Below, in pieces: positions 46,729 to 56,069 of a DNA stretch of 64,000 bases. The translations under genes were made by a program, and so were the position numbers. Every line of letters begins with the position of its first letter. Within the stretch, counting starts at the first letter, position 1. Source of the stretch: SAR324 cluster bacterium (GTDB taxonomy: Bacteria; SAR324; XYD2-FULL-50-16). The DNA lies in the NCBI GenBank assembly GCA_028282885.1, contig JANQGX010000058.1, positions 68,078 to 132,077 on the forward strand, read 5' to 3'. Under the pieces are notes generated by a model that saw only the letters and a program-made list of their open reading frames with translations, had not been told where the DNA came from and ran no database searches.

Positions 46729-47943
46729 ATGGAAAAGATCATTAAATCTCATAAATTGGACAATGTCTGTTATGAGATCCGCGGTCCTGTGTTGCGGGAA
46801 GCAAAAAAACTTGAGGAGGAAGGTCAGAAAATACTTAAACTGCATATCGGAAATCCTGCCCCGTTTGGGTTTGAAGCGCCTGATGAAATCATCCAGGATA
46901 TGATTCTGAATCTTCCAACCGCACAGGGCTACTGCGACTCCAAAGGTCTTTTCTCCGCTAGAAAGGCAGTAATGCATTATTGCCAGCAGGTACAAATAGA
47001 AAACGTCAAAATCGAAGACATCTACATGGGAAATGGTGTCAGTGAATTGATTGTGATGGCTATGCAGGGATTGTTAAATGATGACGATGAAATGCTGATT
47101 CCGGCCCCTGATTATCCATTGTGGACGGCGGCAGTCAGCCTTTCAGGAGGGAAAGCCGTACATTACACCTGTGATGAACAAGCCGATTGGTATCCGGATA
47201 TCGAAGATATAAAAAGCAAGATAACTCGTAAAACAAAGGGAATCGTCGTTATTAACCCTAATAATCCAACGGGAGCGGTATATCCGAAAGATATTTTAAT
47301 GGAGATTATCCGGCTGGCAAGGGAAAACCAACTGATTGTTTTCTCTGACGAAATATATGACAAGATCATCTTTGATGGTGCCCGACACGTTCCTATTGCA
47401 TCTCTCGCTGATGATATTGTTTTCATCACCTTAAATGGATTGTCCAAGACATACAGGGTAGCCGGTTTTCGTTCCGGCTGGATGATAGTCAGTGGTGCCC
47501 TCCACAAAGCAGCCGACTATATAGAAGGGTTGGATATTCTGGCTTCCATGAGATTATGTGCGAATGTACCTTCCCAGCACGCTGTGCAAACTGCTCTTGG
47601 AGGTTACCAGACCATTGAGGAATTGATAAAACCCGGGGGCAGACTTCACAGGCAGAGGGAGACAGCATACCGTTTGATTATTGATATTCCCGGTCTTAGC
47701 TGTGTGAAGCCAAGGGGCGCCTTGTATATGTTCCCGAGAATAGATCCCGGGAAGATCAGGATTCTCAACGATGAACAGTTCGTACTGGATCTCCTTTTGC
47801 AGAAAAAACTGCTGGTGGTTCAAGGATCGGCATTCAATATCCCCACTCATGACCATTTCAGATTGGTCTTTCTACCCCATGAGGAGATACTTGAGAAGGC
47901 CATAAACCGAATAGGTCGTTTCTTTTCCAGCTATCAGCAATAA
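46729..47943 (+). CDS. alaA: PLP-dependent aminotransferase, AlaA/AlaT family
   Basis: YEIRGP, IGNPAPFGF, GNGVSELI, INPNNPTG, DEIYD and GLSKTYRVAGFRSGW. Confidence 0.93.
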   Translation: MEKIIKSHKLDNVCYEIRGPVLREAKKLEEEGQKILKLHIGNPAPFGFEAPDEIIQDMILNLPTAQGYCDSKGLFSARKAVMHYCQQVQIENVKIEDIYMGNGVSELIVMAMQGLLNDDDEMLIPAPDYPLWTAAVSLSGGKAVHYTCDEQADWYPDIEDIKSKITRKTKGIVVINPNNPTGAVYPKDILMEIIRLARENQLIVFSDEIYDKIIFDGARHVPIASLADDIVFITLNGLSKTYRVAGFRSGWMIVSGALHKAADYIEGLDILASMRLCANVPSQHAVQTALGGYQTIEELIKPGGRLHRQRETAYRLIIDIPGLSCVKPRGALYMFPRIDPGKIRILNDEQFVLDLLLQKKLLVVQGSAFNIPTHDHFRLVFLPHEEILEKAINRIGRFFSSYQQ

Positions 47944-47969
47944 TTGCAGAGCGGTACAACGGTCCCATA

Positions 47970-50168
47970 ATGAAGATTCTTTTGATCACGCCACCTTTCA
48001 CGCAGTTGAACTCACCATATCCTGCGACCGCTTTTCTAAAGCAGTTTCTGGCAGGAAAAGGCGAAAAGGTGAATCAAAAGGATTTGGGTCTCGATCTTTT
48101 TCTCTCAATTTTTTCTAAAAACGGCCTGGAGCGGGTTTTCGTTCATTCGAGGGATAATAAAGAGAAGCTGGACAGGCAATGCCGAAAAATAGAGTCAGCC
48201 TCACGGCGATATATCAATTGCATCGAGTCCGTCGTCTCTTTTCTCAAAACCCGGGAATCCGGCCTTGCGTACCTGATCTGCCGAGATGGCTTTTTGCCTG
48301 TTGGAAAAAGACTTTCACAGGCAGTTGACCTTGAATGGGCGTTCGGTACAACCGGAGTAATCGACAAAGCTTGCTATCTCTCAACCCTGTTTCTCGAAGA
48401 GATTAGCGATTTTATCAGAAAACGGATTATTCCGGATTTCGGATTCAGCCGCTATGCAGAACGCCTGGCCCTTTCAGCCACCTTTTTTGAGCCTATTCAT
48501 CAAGCTCTGCAGCAAAACAACTCTTTTTTGGATGAAATCATCTCAGAAAGCATCCATCGATATCTGGATCAAGAGCAGCCCAATCTCGTCGGATTCACGA
48601 TTCCTTTCCCCGGATGTCTGTTTGGTGCCTTGAAAAGCTGCATGGTTATCAAACAAAGGGATACTTCCATTAAAACTGTTCTGGGTGGAGGATATGTCAA
48701 CACTGAACTCAGGGAACTTGAAAGCACTTTAATCTTTCAATACTGCGATTATATCACCCTGGACCAGGGAGAACTGCCTCTGCTTCGCATTATTGAACAT
48801 TTGAAAGACGAAAAAAACCTGGATTCTCTTGTCCGAACGTACACCTGTATTGAAAACGAAGTTCAATATTGGCCCGGTACAGAAAAAGATGTTGTACCAT
48901 TCGCAGATTCCGGTTTTCCCGACTATGAGGACCTGGATCTGCACGAGTATCTGTCCATCATGGAATTGACCAATCCCATGCATCGATTATGGAATGACGG
49001 CAAATGGAACAAAATGATGGTCGCGCAGGGATGCTACTGGCAAAAATGCTCTTTCTGCGATACAAGTCTCAGCTACATTAAGGATTATGATACAGTTGGC
49101 GCCGAGACACTGGTCAATCGAATAGAACAGTTAATCGCTCAAACCGGTCTGACCGGTTTTCACTTTGTCGATGAAGCAGCCCCGCCTTCCGTGTTGAAAA
49201 ATCTGGCTATCGAACTGCTTAATCGCAATATTAACATCAGTTGGTGGACCAATATTCGATTTGAAAAAAACTACACCCCGGATTTGTGCAGGCTTTTGGC
49301 TAAATCGGGATGTATCGCTGTTTCAGGAGGGTTGGAAACAGTTTCTGACAGGCTTCTTGATTTAATGAACAAGGGGGTAAACCTGGACAAGGCCGTTTCT
49401 GTCCTGAGCAGCTTCAATCGGGCAGGAATAATGGTGCATGCTTACCTCATGTATGGATTTCCGACTCAAACAGAACAGGAAACCATCGACGCTCTGGAAA
49501 TCGTGCGCCAGCTTTTTGAAAACAGCCTGATTCAATCCTGTTTCTGGCATCGATTTTCACTGACTGCTCACAGTGCGATTGCCCGGAATCCAAAAGCCTA
49601 TCAGGTCAAGATTACCGGATCCGAAAAAGGGACGTTCGCGTGGAATGATCTTTATCACCAGGATCCAAAAGGTTGCGAGCACGGTGATTATGCAAATGGC
49701 CTGGAAAAAGCGGTTTATAACTTTATGCATGGAATCGGAATCGAGTACAATGTCGCGTCCTGGTTTGATTTCAGAACTGTGCCATCGACTATTTCTCCCG
49801 AATTTGTCAGCCTGTTAACCAAAAGCACACCAAAAACCTCCAAGGCGAAAGAACACCATCAGGTTCTTTGGTTGGGCGATAAACCGCAATTACTGATCCC
49901 TCACCCGGGAAGAAGTAAAAAGAACAGGACCGCGTCTTGTAAGCTGATCATCAATGGAGACCATTCAGATATCAGCATCAAGTCGGATGAACAGCAGTGT
50001 AGATGGATATTGGAGATTCTGGATTCGGCGACCCCTGCCAGTGGTGTCTTATTGACGGTTAAACAGGTAGCCGCAGCATATGAGCAGAAGTTTGATCAAT
50101 CATTTGAGCTGCTTAAAAACAGCTCACAATGGCAAAAACTGGAGAGAAACGGCCTGATTTATATTTGA
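47970..50168 (+). CDS. B12-binding-like radical SAM protein
   Basis: TPPFTQLN.PYPAT, GCYWQKCSFCD (CxxxCxxC), FVDEA and GLE. Confidence 0.9.
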   Translation: MKILLITPPFTQLNSPYPATAFLKQFLAGKGEKVNQKDLGLDLFLSIFSKNGLERVFVHSRDNKEKLDRQCRKIESASRRYINCIESVVSFLKTRESGLAYLICRDGFLPVGKRLSQAVDLEWAFGTTGVIDKACYLSTLFLEEISDFIRKRIIPDFGFSRYAERLALSATFFEPIHQALQQNNSFLDEIISESIHRYLDQEQPNLVGFTIPFPGCLFGALKSCMVIKQRDTSIKTVLGGGYVNTELRELESTLIFQYCDYITLDQGELPLLRIIEHLKDEKNLDSLVRTYTCIENEVQYWPGTEKDVVPFADSGFPDYEDLDLHEYLSIMELTNPMHRLWNDGKWNKMMVAQGCYWQKCSFCDTSLSYIKDYDTVGAETLVNRIEQLIAQTGLTGFHFVDEAAPPSVLKNLAIELLNRNINISWWTNIRFEKNYTPDLCRLLAKSGCIAVSGGLETVSDRLLDLMNKGVNLDKAVSVLSSFNRAGIMVHAYLMYGFPTQTEQETIDALEIVRQLFENSLIQSCFWHRFSLTAHSAIARNPKAYQVKITGSEKGTFAWNDLYHQDPKGCEHGDYANGLEKAVYNFMHGIGIEYNVASWFDFRTVPSTISPEFVSLLTKSTPKTSKAKEHHQVLWLGDKPQLLIPHPGRSKKNRTASCKLIINGDHSDISIKSDEQQCRWILEILDSATPASGVLLTVKQVAAAYEQKFDQSFELLKNSSQWQKLERNGLIYI

Positions 50169-50228
50169 CAGCCCGGTCTTTCCTGTTTCAGTAGTCAATA
50201 CATAAACATAGTTTTTAAAGGAGTATTA

Positions 50229-51347
50229 ATGAAACGCGTATCCCTAACTCCGGCAGTATTTCATTTGTCAGATCGTGTAAATGCCGTTGCCCCCGAATAT
50301 GCCAGACAACCGATTGTTCCCCGGGGACCGGCACTTAAACCGATTCTGGACAGGCTGAGAGGTAAAGTCACAGATCAACTGGAGGTTTCCGACACCCATG
50401 AAGCGGTCATCATCTCTTCGTCCGGTTCGGGAGCCATTGCTGCCACTATAGGTTCATGCGTGGATGATAATGGATTCCTGGTAATTGCAAATGATGTTTA
50501 CGGTCAAAGACAAGCCGATTTTAGCGAGCAACTGGGTATTAAAACCGTTACATATAGCCTGGATTTTGGAGTCAAGCCGGATTTGGCGGAGATCGAACGA
50601 CTTGTGGACGAGCATGGGATCAAAACGATCGGAATGGTACACGGCTGCACAAGCGTTGGACTCCTAAATCCAATTGCCGAAATCGGGGCCTTTTGTAAAA
50701 AGAAGAACCTGAAGCTGATAGTCGATGCTATCGCCTCTATCTATGTTGAGGAGATTGATATCGACAAATGTGGTATCGATGCCTTGATCTGTTCAACCAA
50801 CAAAGCGCTGCATTCAAATCCGGATATCGCTTTCTCGGTGATTGCAAGAGACTACCTTGATGAAATGGCGCAAAGACCGGGACGAATACCCTATCTGGAT
50901 CTCCATAAAACCTGGCAATTACAATCCAAAGGAAGCCATCCCTATACTATTAACATTCGGGCCCTACTAGAGTTTGAAGCGGCTTTGGACGATTTTAACG
51001 AAAGAGGCGGACTCACCGCCAGAATCAATATGTACAGAGATCGTCTGGCAATCCTCAGGGCGGGTTATGAGAATTTGGGTTTAAAAACGTTCCTGAGAGA
51101 GGGAATGGAACAGCAAAATATTGGAACAGCTCTTTATCTGCCGGAGGGTCTTACCTATGACAGTCTTGCAGATGAACTGGCTAATTGGAACAATGGTGAT
51201 GGTGAATGCTATGAAATCTATTCCGCACAGGGGGAACTCTCGGGAGAGGTCTTCAGGATATTCAATATGGGTGAATATCCCCTGGATACCTATCGACGAT
51301 TCATCAACGCATTGGAGACATGTATCAATAAACTGCTGAAAGGATAG
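50229..51347 (+). CDS. Class V PLP aminotransferase, 2-aminoethylphosphonate transaminase (PhnW)-like
   Basis: GSG, N..YG.R, VH..T..G.LNP, VDA, STNK (PLP lysine) and IY..QG.L....FRI..MG. Confidence 0.8.
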   Translation: MKRVSLTPAVFHLSDRVNAVAPEYARQPIVPRGPALKPILDRLRGKVTDQLEVSDTHEAVIISSSGSGAIAATIGSCVDDNGFLVIANDVYGQRQADFSEQLGIKTVTYSLDFGVKPDLAEIERLVDEHGIKTIGMVHGCTSVGLLNPIAEIGAFCKKKNLKLIVDAIASIYVEEIDIDKCGIDALICSTNKALHSNPDIAFSVIARDYLDEMAQRPGRIPYLDLHKTWQLQSKGSHPYTINIRALLEFEAALDDFNERGGLTARINMYRDRLAILRAGYENLGLKTFLREGMEQQNIGTALYLPEGLTYDSLADELANWNNGDGECYEIYSAQGELSGEVFRIFNMGEYPLDTYRRFINALETCINKLLKG

Positions 51348-51377
51348 ACCTTCATTGAGTAACAGTTGGAATCGCTT

Positions 51378-51980
51378 TTAATCGTTGAAATCTGTTCGTC
51401 CCTCAAATGCGCGAGCCAGTGTATTTGAATCGGCAAATTCAAGATCAGCTCCGGCGGGCATTCCCCTCGCAATCCTGCTGATCTTGTCCACACGCCCCTT
51501 AAACACATTTACCAGGTAGTGTGCTGTCGCTTCACCTTCCAAAGTGGAATTCGTGGAAAGAATCAGCTCCTTGACTCCCCCATTGGCCACCCGCTGCTCC
51601 AGCTCACTGATTCTTAATTTATCCGGTGAGATCCCCTGCAGAGGGGATATGGCCCCTTGGAGAACATGGTAGACACCGGTGAAGATACTTGTACTTTCAA
51701 TGGTAAACACGTTTCTGGGATCTTCCACAACGCAGATGATTTCCTGATTTCGTTTGGGATCCGAACAGATTTGACATATCTCATCATCGGAAAAGGAGAA
51801 ACAGTTCCGGCAGGTCTTGATGTGCTCTTTGGCATTTTTGATGGCTTTGGAAAGAGCTTCGGCCTCTTCGTCCGCTTTGAACAAAATAGCGAAGGCAAGT
51901 CGTTTTGCGGTTTTTTTACCAATTCCGGGAAGTTTAGCCAGCTCTTCTGTCAGTTGAATAATGGGTTGCGGTAGATTCAT
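51378..51980 (-). CDS. recR: Recombination mediator RecR
   Basis: LPGIGKKTA.RL, C4 zinc finger, YHVL.G.ISP, EGEATA and RIARG.P.G. Confidence 0.97.
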   Translation of the reverse strand: MNLPQPIIQLTEELAKLPGIGKKTAKRLAFAILFKADEEAEALSKAIKNAKEHIKTCRNCFSFSDDEICQICSDPKRNQEIICVVEDPRNVFTIESTSIFTGVYHVLQGAISPLQGISPDKLRISELEQRVANGGVKELILSTNSTLEGEATAHYLVNVFKGRVDKISRIARGMPAGADLEFADSNTLARAFEGRTDFND

Positions 51981-52312
51981 TTATTGGCAAGATTTGTGAG
52001 GTCCGAGAGATTCATGCCCCCCATGATATCGGATAGTTCGGAAGTTGTGATCTCCTTGGCTTGCCTGATAGCTTCATTACACGCCGCGCGAATCAGGTCT
52101 TCCAGAATCTCTATTTCATTCTTATCCACTATCTCGGGATCAATGCTGACGGATAGGGTTTCGAAGTTTCCGTTCATTTTCATGCGAACCATGCCGCCCC
52201 CGACACTGACTTCCACCGTTTTTTGTGCTGCCTCTTTTTTCTTTTCGCTTAGTGTATTCTGCAGCTCCTTGGCTTTTTTCATCAGTTCATTCATATCCAG
52301 ACCCTTAAACAT
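51977..52312 (-). CDS. ybaB: Nucleoid-associated protein YbaB/EbfC
   Basis: GGGMV...MNG, IDPE and LEDLI.AA.NEA. Lies between dnaX and recR. Confidence 0.95.
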   Translation of the reverse strand: MFKGLDMNELMKKAKELQNTLSEKKKEAAQKTVEVSVGGGMVRMKMNGNFETLSVSIDPEIVDKNEIEILEDLIRAACNEAIRQAKEITTSELSDIMGGMNLSDLTNLANK

Positions 52313-54106
52313 CTTCTACCTCCTTGATAATTTCAATATTTCTGATTTTACTACCTGGAAAAGAGGAGAGGATCTGCTGAACCTTTTTATCCTTCTTTGC
52401 CATTTTTTTCTGTTCCTTTTCACGTTCCAATTCTTCCTGTTCCTGTTTTACTCGAATGGTATCGTCAATGCCTTTACCTTCTTCTTCATAAAGAACCTTT
52501 ATCGGATGACCGAAATAAGTTGCGGCCGCCTCTTCAATCTGTTTGCGTCTGGGTTCCGAGAACAGGTCGGTGTTTTTGAAACAGATAGACAGGGTGTCTT
52601 CCGTTATCTTTAATAATACCGAATTACGTAATATCGAAACAAGTGATTTATTCTTTGTTGTCTCCATAAAGCGGACAAAACCTTCCCAACGCTCCGTCGA
52701 GCTTGAAGTTTGTCCCTCCGTCGATGTTTTCGCTTTGTCCGGTAAATGAACATCCGATCCTTCTTCATCCTTGTATCCAAAAGTAGATTCGTTCTGTGAA
52801 TCTTGTGCGGCATTCAGCGGTTGATTTGCCTGTTGGAAAGATTCCGGAGGATTATGTTCCGGCGGTAATGACGGAGTTGGGGGATAATCCCTTTGGGGTT
52901 GGGCTGGCTCAGCGTCTAACTTTTCGGTTCTGTCATTGATGACGGATTGAGGAGTTTTTTTTTAGGCTTCGAAGTTCCCCTAAGCAGAGAGATGACTTCA
53001 CCTACCCCCACCAGTGATTCGAGTGAGCACATTTTGACCAGGCTCATTTCGACACAGATCTTTGCCTGGTTGCTCTTTTTTACCTGGGCTTCAGTTTCCA
53101 ATACAATATCAAATAACTGCTGCAATTGCGTCCCGGTTGTTTTATCTGCAAGAGTCTTGTACAGCTCTAGCTGATCCGGCAAAAACCCCAACCACTGGAT
53201 TCTCTCCTGCGGCAGGTTTTTAACCAGATTCAGATCCTTGATGGACTTCATCAGGTCGGTGATCAACCTTGTGATCGAGTGCCCTTTCTCAACAACCTGT
53301 TGAAATAGTACCAGTGCCTGATCCAGGTCTCTTTCAATAATATGCTTCAGGATCTGGTCGATCTGTCGCGCATCATTGATCCCCAGAATTTCGACAACCT
53401 TGTCATCATCAACACGATCACCGCTGAAGCTGATCAGCTTATCGATGATGGTTAGCGCATCCCGCAATCCACCGGTTGAATTACGTGCTACCAACATCAA
53501 AGCCGTGTCTGAAACCTCCACCTTTTCCATTTGTACGACTTTTTTCAGATAATCGGCCATCAGTGGAGTCGAAATATTTGAAAAATCGAAGCGCTGGCAG
53601 CGGGATATAACTGTTGCCGGAACTTTATGGTGGTCAGTTGTTGCCAGGATGAATTTGACGTGAGCAGGAGGTTCTTCCAGAGTCTTAAGCAAGGCATTGA
53701 AAGACTCGGTGGTTAACATGTGCACCTCATCAATGATGTAGGTCTTTACCTGGCACTTTGCCGGTGAGAATTTAACACTGTCGCGCAGATTCCTGATGTG
53801 TTCGATCCCCCTGTTGGAAGCGGCATCTATCTCAATAACATCGGTCGAGATCCCCTGTCCGATCTCCACGCAATTCTCACACTCACCGCAAGGTTCGGCT
53901 TCAACCGGCGAGGTACAGTTCAATGCCTTGGTCAGAATCCTGGCGCAGCTCGTTTTCCCCGTACCGCGAGGTCCTGTAAACAAAAACGCGTGGGCGACCC
54001 GGTTGGTCTTGATGGCATTAACCAGGGTCTTGCCAATGGCATCTTGTCCTATTAAATCTTTGAATTTATTTGGTCTTAATTTTCTTGCTAAGACAAGGTA
54101 GGACAT
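52305..54106 (-). CDS. dnaX: DNA polymerase III tau, full length only via a -1 shift at the A9 run (~600 aa)
   Basis: Manual translation shows the -1 frame is open from the A9 run (52955-52963) to the stop at 52305. It encodes a Pro/Gln-rich linker plus a tau-like C-terminal domain (ERWEGFVRF...LVSIL). Confidence 0.8.
52916..54106 (-). CDS. dnaX: DNA polymerase III gamma-like zero-frame product (396 aa)
   Basis: YLVLARKLRP, GPRGTGKT, C4 Zn, EIDAASN, IDEVHML, NALLKTLEEPP and SRCQ. Confidence 0.96.
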   Translation of the reverse strand: MSYLVLARKLRPNKFKDLIGQDAIGKTLVNAIKTNRVAHAFLFTGPRGTGKTSCARILTKALNCTSPVEAEPCGECENCVEIGQGISTDVIEIDAASNRGIEHIRNLRDSVKFSPAKCQVKTYIIDEVHMLTTESFNALLKTLEEPPAHVKFILATTDHHKVPATVISRCQRFDFSNISTPLMADYLKKVVQMEKVEVSDTALMLVARNSTGGLRDALTIIDKLISFSGDRVDDDKVVEILGINDARQIDQILKHIIERDLDQALVLFQQVVEKGHSITRLITDLMKSIKDLNLVKNLPQERIQWLGFLPDQLELYKTLADKTTGTQLQQLFDIVLETEAQVKKSNQAKICVEMSLVKMCSLESLVGVGEVISLLRGTSKPKKKLLNPSSMTEPKS

Positions 54107-54138
54107 TGCAGTGAAAGGTTGTCATATGAGAAAAGAAA

Positions 54139-54222
54139 GTGATCCGTAACGCATCTTCCAATACTTAGTGCTGCTTCCTTTCGGACCTGACACGATTCGC
54201 ACCTTCCAATCGTACGGATCAC
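54139..54222 (-). ncRNA. ffs: Signal recognition particle RNA (4.5S)
   Basis: Minus strand GTCAGGTCCGAAAGGAAGCAGC helix-8 motif inside a GTGATCCGTA...TACGGATCAC stem. Lies upstream of dnaX. Confidence 0.93.
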
Positions 54223-54229
54223 CGCATTG

Positions 54230-54319
54230 TGGCGGAGAGACGGGGATTCGAACCCCGGAAACAGTTTCCCATTTACACGCTTTCCAGGCGTGCTCCTTCA
54301 TCCACTCGGACACCTCTCC
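54230..54319 (-). tRNA. tRNA-Ser(GGA)
   Basis: GGAGAGG...CACGC-CT-GGA-AA-GCGTG, long variable arm, GGTTCGAATCC, ends GCCA. Confidence 0.96.
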
Positions 54320-54378
54320 GCGTTTTCTTTGCTCCCTGGCACAGGATCTATCGATGATCCCCTCCTTCCAGGAACATG

Positions 54379-54455
54379 TGGTACACCCGAAGGGACTTGA
54401 ACCCCTGACCCCCTGTTCCGCAAACAGATGCTCTATCCAGCTGAGCTACGGGTGC
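54379..54455 (-). tRNA. tRNA-Arg(GCG)
   Basis: GCACCCGTAGCTCAGCTGGATAGAGC, anticodon arm TCTGT-TT-GCG-GA-ACAGG, GGTTCAAGTCC, ends ACCA. Confidence 0.94.
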
Positions 54456-54489
54456 ATCATTCCGTTGGTGTCATCTTCCTGCAGCCTTA

Positions 54490-54579
54490 TGGCGGAGAGA
54501 CGGGGATTCGAACCCCGGGTACCCTTGCGAGTACAACAGATTAGCAATCTGCCCCATTCGGCCTCTCTGGCATCTCTCC
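54490..54579 (-). tRNA. tRNA-Ser(GCT)
   Basis: GCAGA-TT-GCT-AA-TCTGT, long variable arm, ends GCCA. Confidence 0.96.
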
Positions 54580-54689
54580 GTTTTCCGCACTTCCGCTAAT
54601 ATCGCATATCGGAAGTGTGCAGTGGTTTGCTTTGAGCTTGTGGAACTATTTCAGCAGGAAGTACGACAGCATTTGATGCAATGCTATTC

Positions 54690-54775
54690 TGGAAGAGGGA
54701 GGGGGATTCGAACCCCCGATGCCGAAGCATAACGGTTTTCAAGACCGCCGGATTCAACCACTCTCCCATCCCTCC
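54690..54775 (-). tRNA. tRNA-Ser(TGA)
   Basis: GCGGT-CT-TGA-AA-ACCGT, variable arm ATGC-TTCG-GCAT, ends TCCA. Confidence 0.95.
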
Positions 54776-54790
54776 AAATCATCCTGTATT

Positions 54791-56068
54791 TTATGTTTCT
54801 ACTGAGATTTTTGTCAACCCCCCCATGTAGGGAACCAGTTCCTTGGGAATGGTTACACTTCCGTCCTCATTCTGGTAATTCTCCAGAATTGCCACCACTG
54901 TTCTGCCGATAGCCATGCCGGAACCATTCAAGGTGTGGACAAATCTTGTTTTTCCTCCTTCAGCCGGTTTAAAGCGGATGTTGGAACGTCTTGCCTGAAA
55001 ATCGGTACAGTTGGAGCAGCTCGAAATTTCGCGGTACTTGTGTTCAGAGGGAATCCAGACTTCAATGTCGTAACATTTGGCCGCGCTGAATCCGATATCT
55101 CCGGAACAGAGTGACACCACCCTATAGGGCAACTCCAGTCGTTTTAGCACCTCTTCCGCCTGTTTTAGCAGCGACTCCAATTCTTCAAACGATTTCTCCG
55201 GATGGACAATTTTTACCAGTTCAACCTTATTGAACTGATGCTGTCTGATATACCCCTTGGTATCTTTTCCATACGATCCGGCTTCGCTTCTGAAGCAGGG
55301 GGTAAATGCCGTAAAATAGTGGGGCAGAGACTCCTCTTTGACGATTTCATTGCCAAAAACACCGGTTAAGGGCACTTCCGAGGTTGGGATAAGATACAGA
55401 CCCTCGGTTGTTCTAAACAGATCTTCTTCAAACTTCGGCAGTTGCCCGGTACCTGTGATTGTCTGGGTATTAACCAGCACCGGTGGTATCATTTCCGTAT
55501 AACCAAATTCACCGGTATGAATGTCCAGCATGAAATTCGCCAGGGCTCGTTCAAGTCTGGCACCGATTCCCTTAACCAATGTAAAACGGGAATGGGCCAG
55601 TTTCACTCCGCGTACAAAATCCAGAACATCGAGTTTTTCTGCCAGGTCTGCGTGATGTTTGTGTTCAAAGTCAAATACCGGGATATCTCCCCAGGTATGG
55701 ACTTCCTTATTATCGTCCTCTGATTTACCTATAGGGGTGGAATCATGTAGGAGATTTGGAATACCCATGGCGATGGCATCGATTTCATCTTCCAGTTCCT
55801 TTGTTTTGGCATTCTTTTCCTTGATCACCTCGCCCAGGTTTCGGGTCTCCTCAATCAATGCCTTTTTCGCTTCCGCTTCCAGGTTCCCCTTTCCAATCAA
55901 TGATGAGTTTTCATTCCTTTTCTGCTTGATCTGATCTAATTCAAAGATGATTTCTCTTCGCTGTTTATCCAGATCCAGCAGTTGGTCCAGATCGATATCT
56001 CCACCACGGTTTTTGATGGATGTTTTGATTAATTCGGGTTCACTTCTTAACAGTTTTATATCAATCAT
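54791..56068 (-). CDS. serS: Serine--tRNA ligase
   Basis: TGQLPKF, LIPTSEV, FRSEAG, RQHQFNKVE, EISSCSNC and HTLNGSG. Confidence 0.98.
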   Translation of the reverse strand: MIDIKLLRSEPELIKTSIKNRGGDIDLDQLLDLDKQRREIIFELDQIKQKRNENSSLIGKGNLEAEAKKALIEETRNLGEVIKEKNAKTKELEDEIDAIAMGIPNLLHDSTPIGKSEDDNKEVHTWGDIPVFDFEHKHHADLAEKLDVLDFVRGVKLAHSRFTLVKGIGARLERALANFMLDIHTGEFGYTEMIPPVLVNTQTITGTGQLPKFEEDLFRTTEGLYLIPTSEVPLTGVFGNEIVKEESLPHYFTAFTPCFRSEAGSYGKDTKGYIRQHQFNKVELVKIVHPEKSFEELESLLKQAEEVLKRLELPYRVVSLCSGDIGFSAAKCYDIEVWIPSEHKYREISSCSNCTDFQARRSNIRFKPAEGGKTRFVHTLNGSGMAIGRTVVAILENYQNEDGSVTIPKELVPYMGGLTKISVET

Positions 56069-56069
56069 C

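Noticed and set aside
52305-52667. Standalone 120-aa gene
   Set aside because: Its frame stays open upstream to the dnaX A9 run, so it is better explained as the tau C-terminus.
54122-54599. ORFs of 63 and 143 aa
   Set aside because: They overlap the SRP RNA and tRNA genes.
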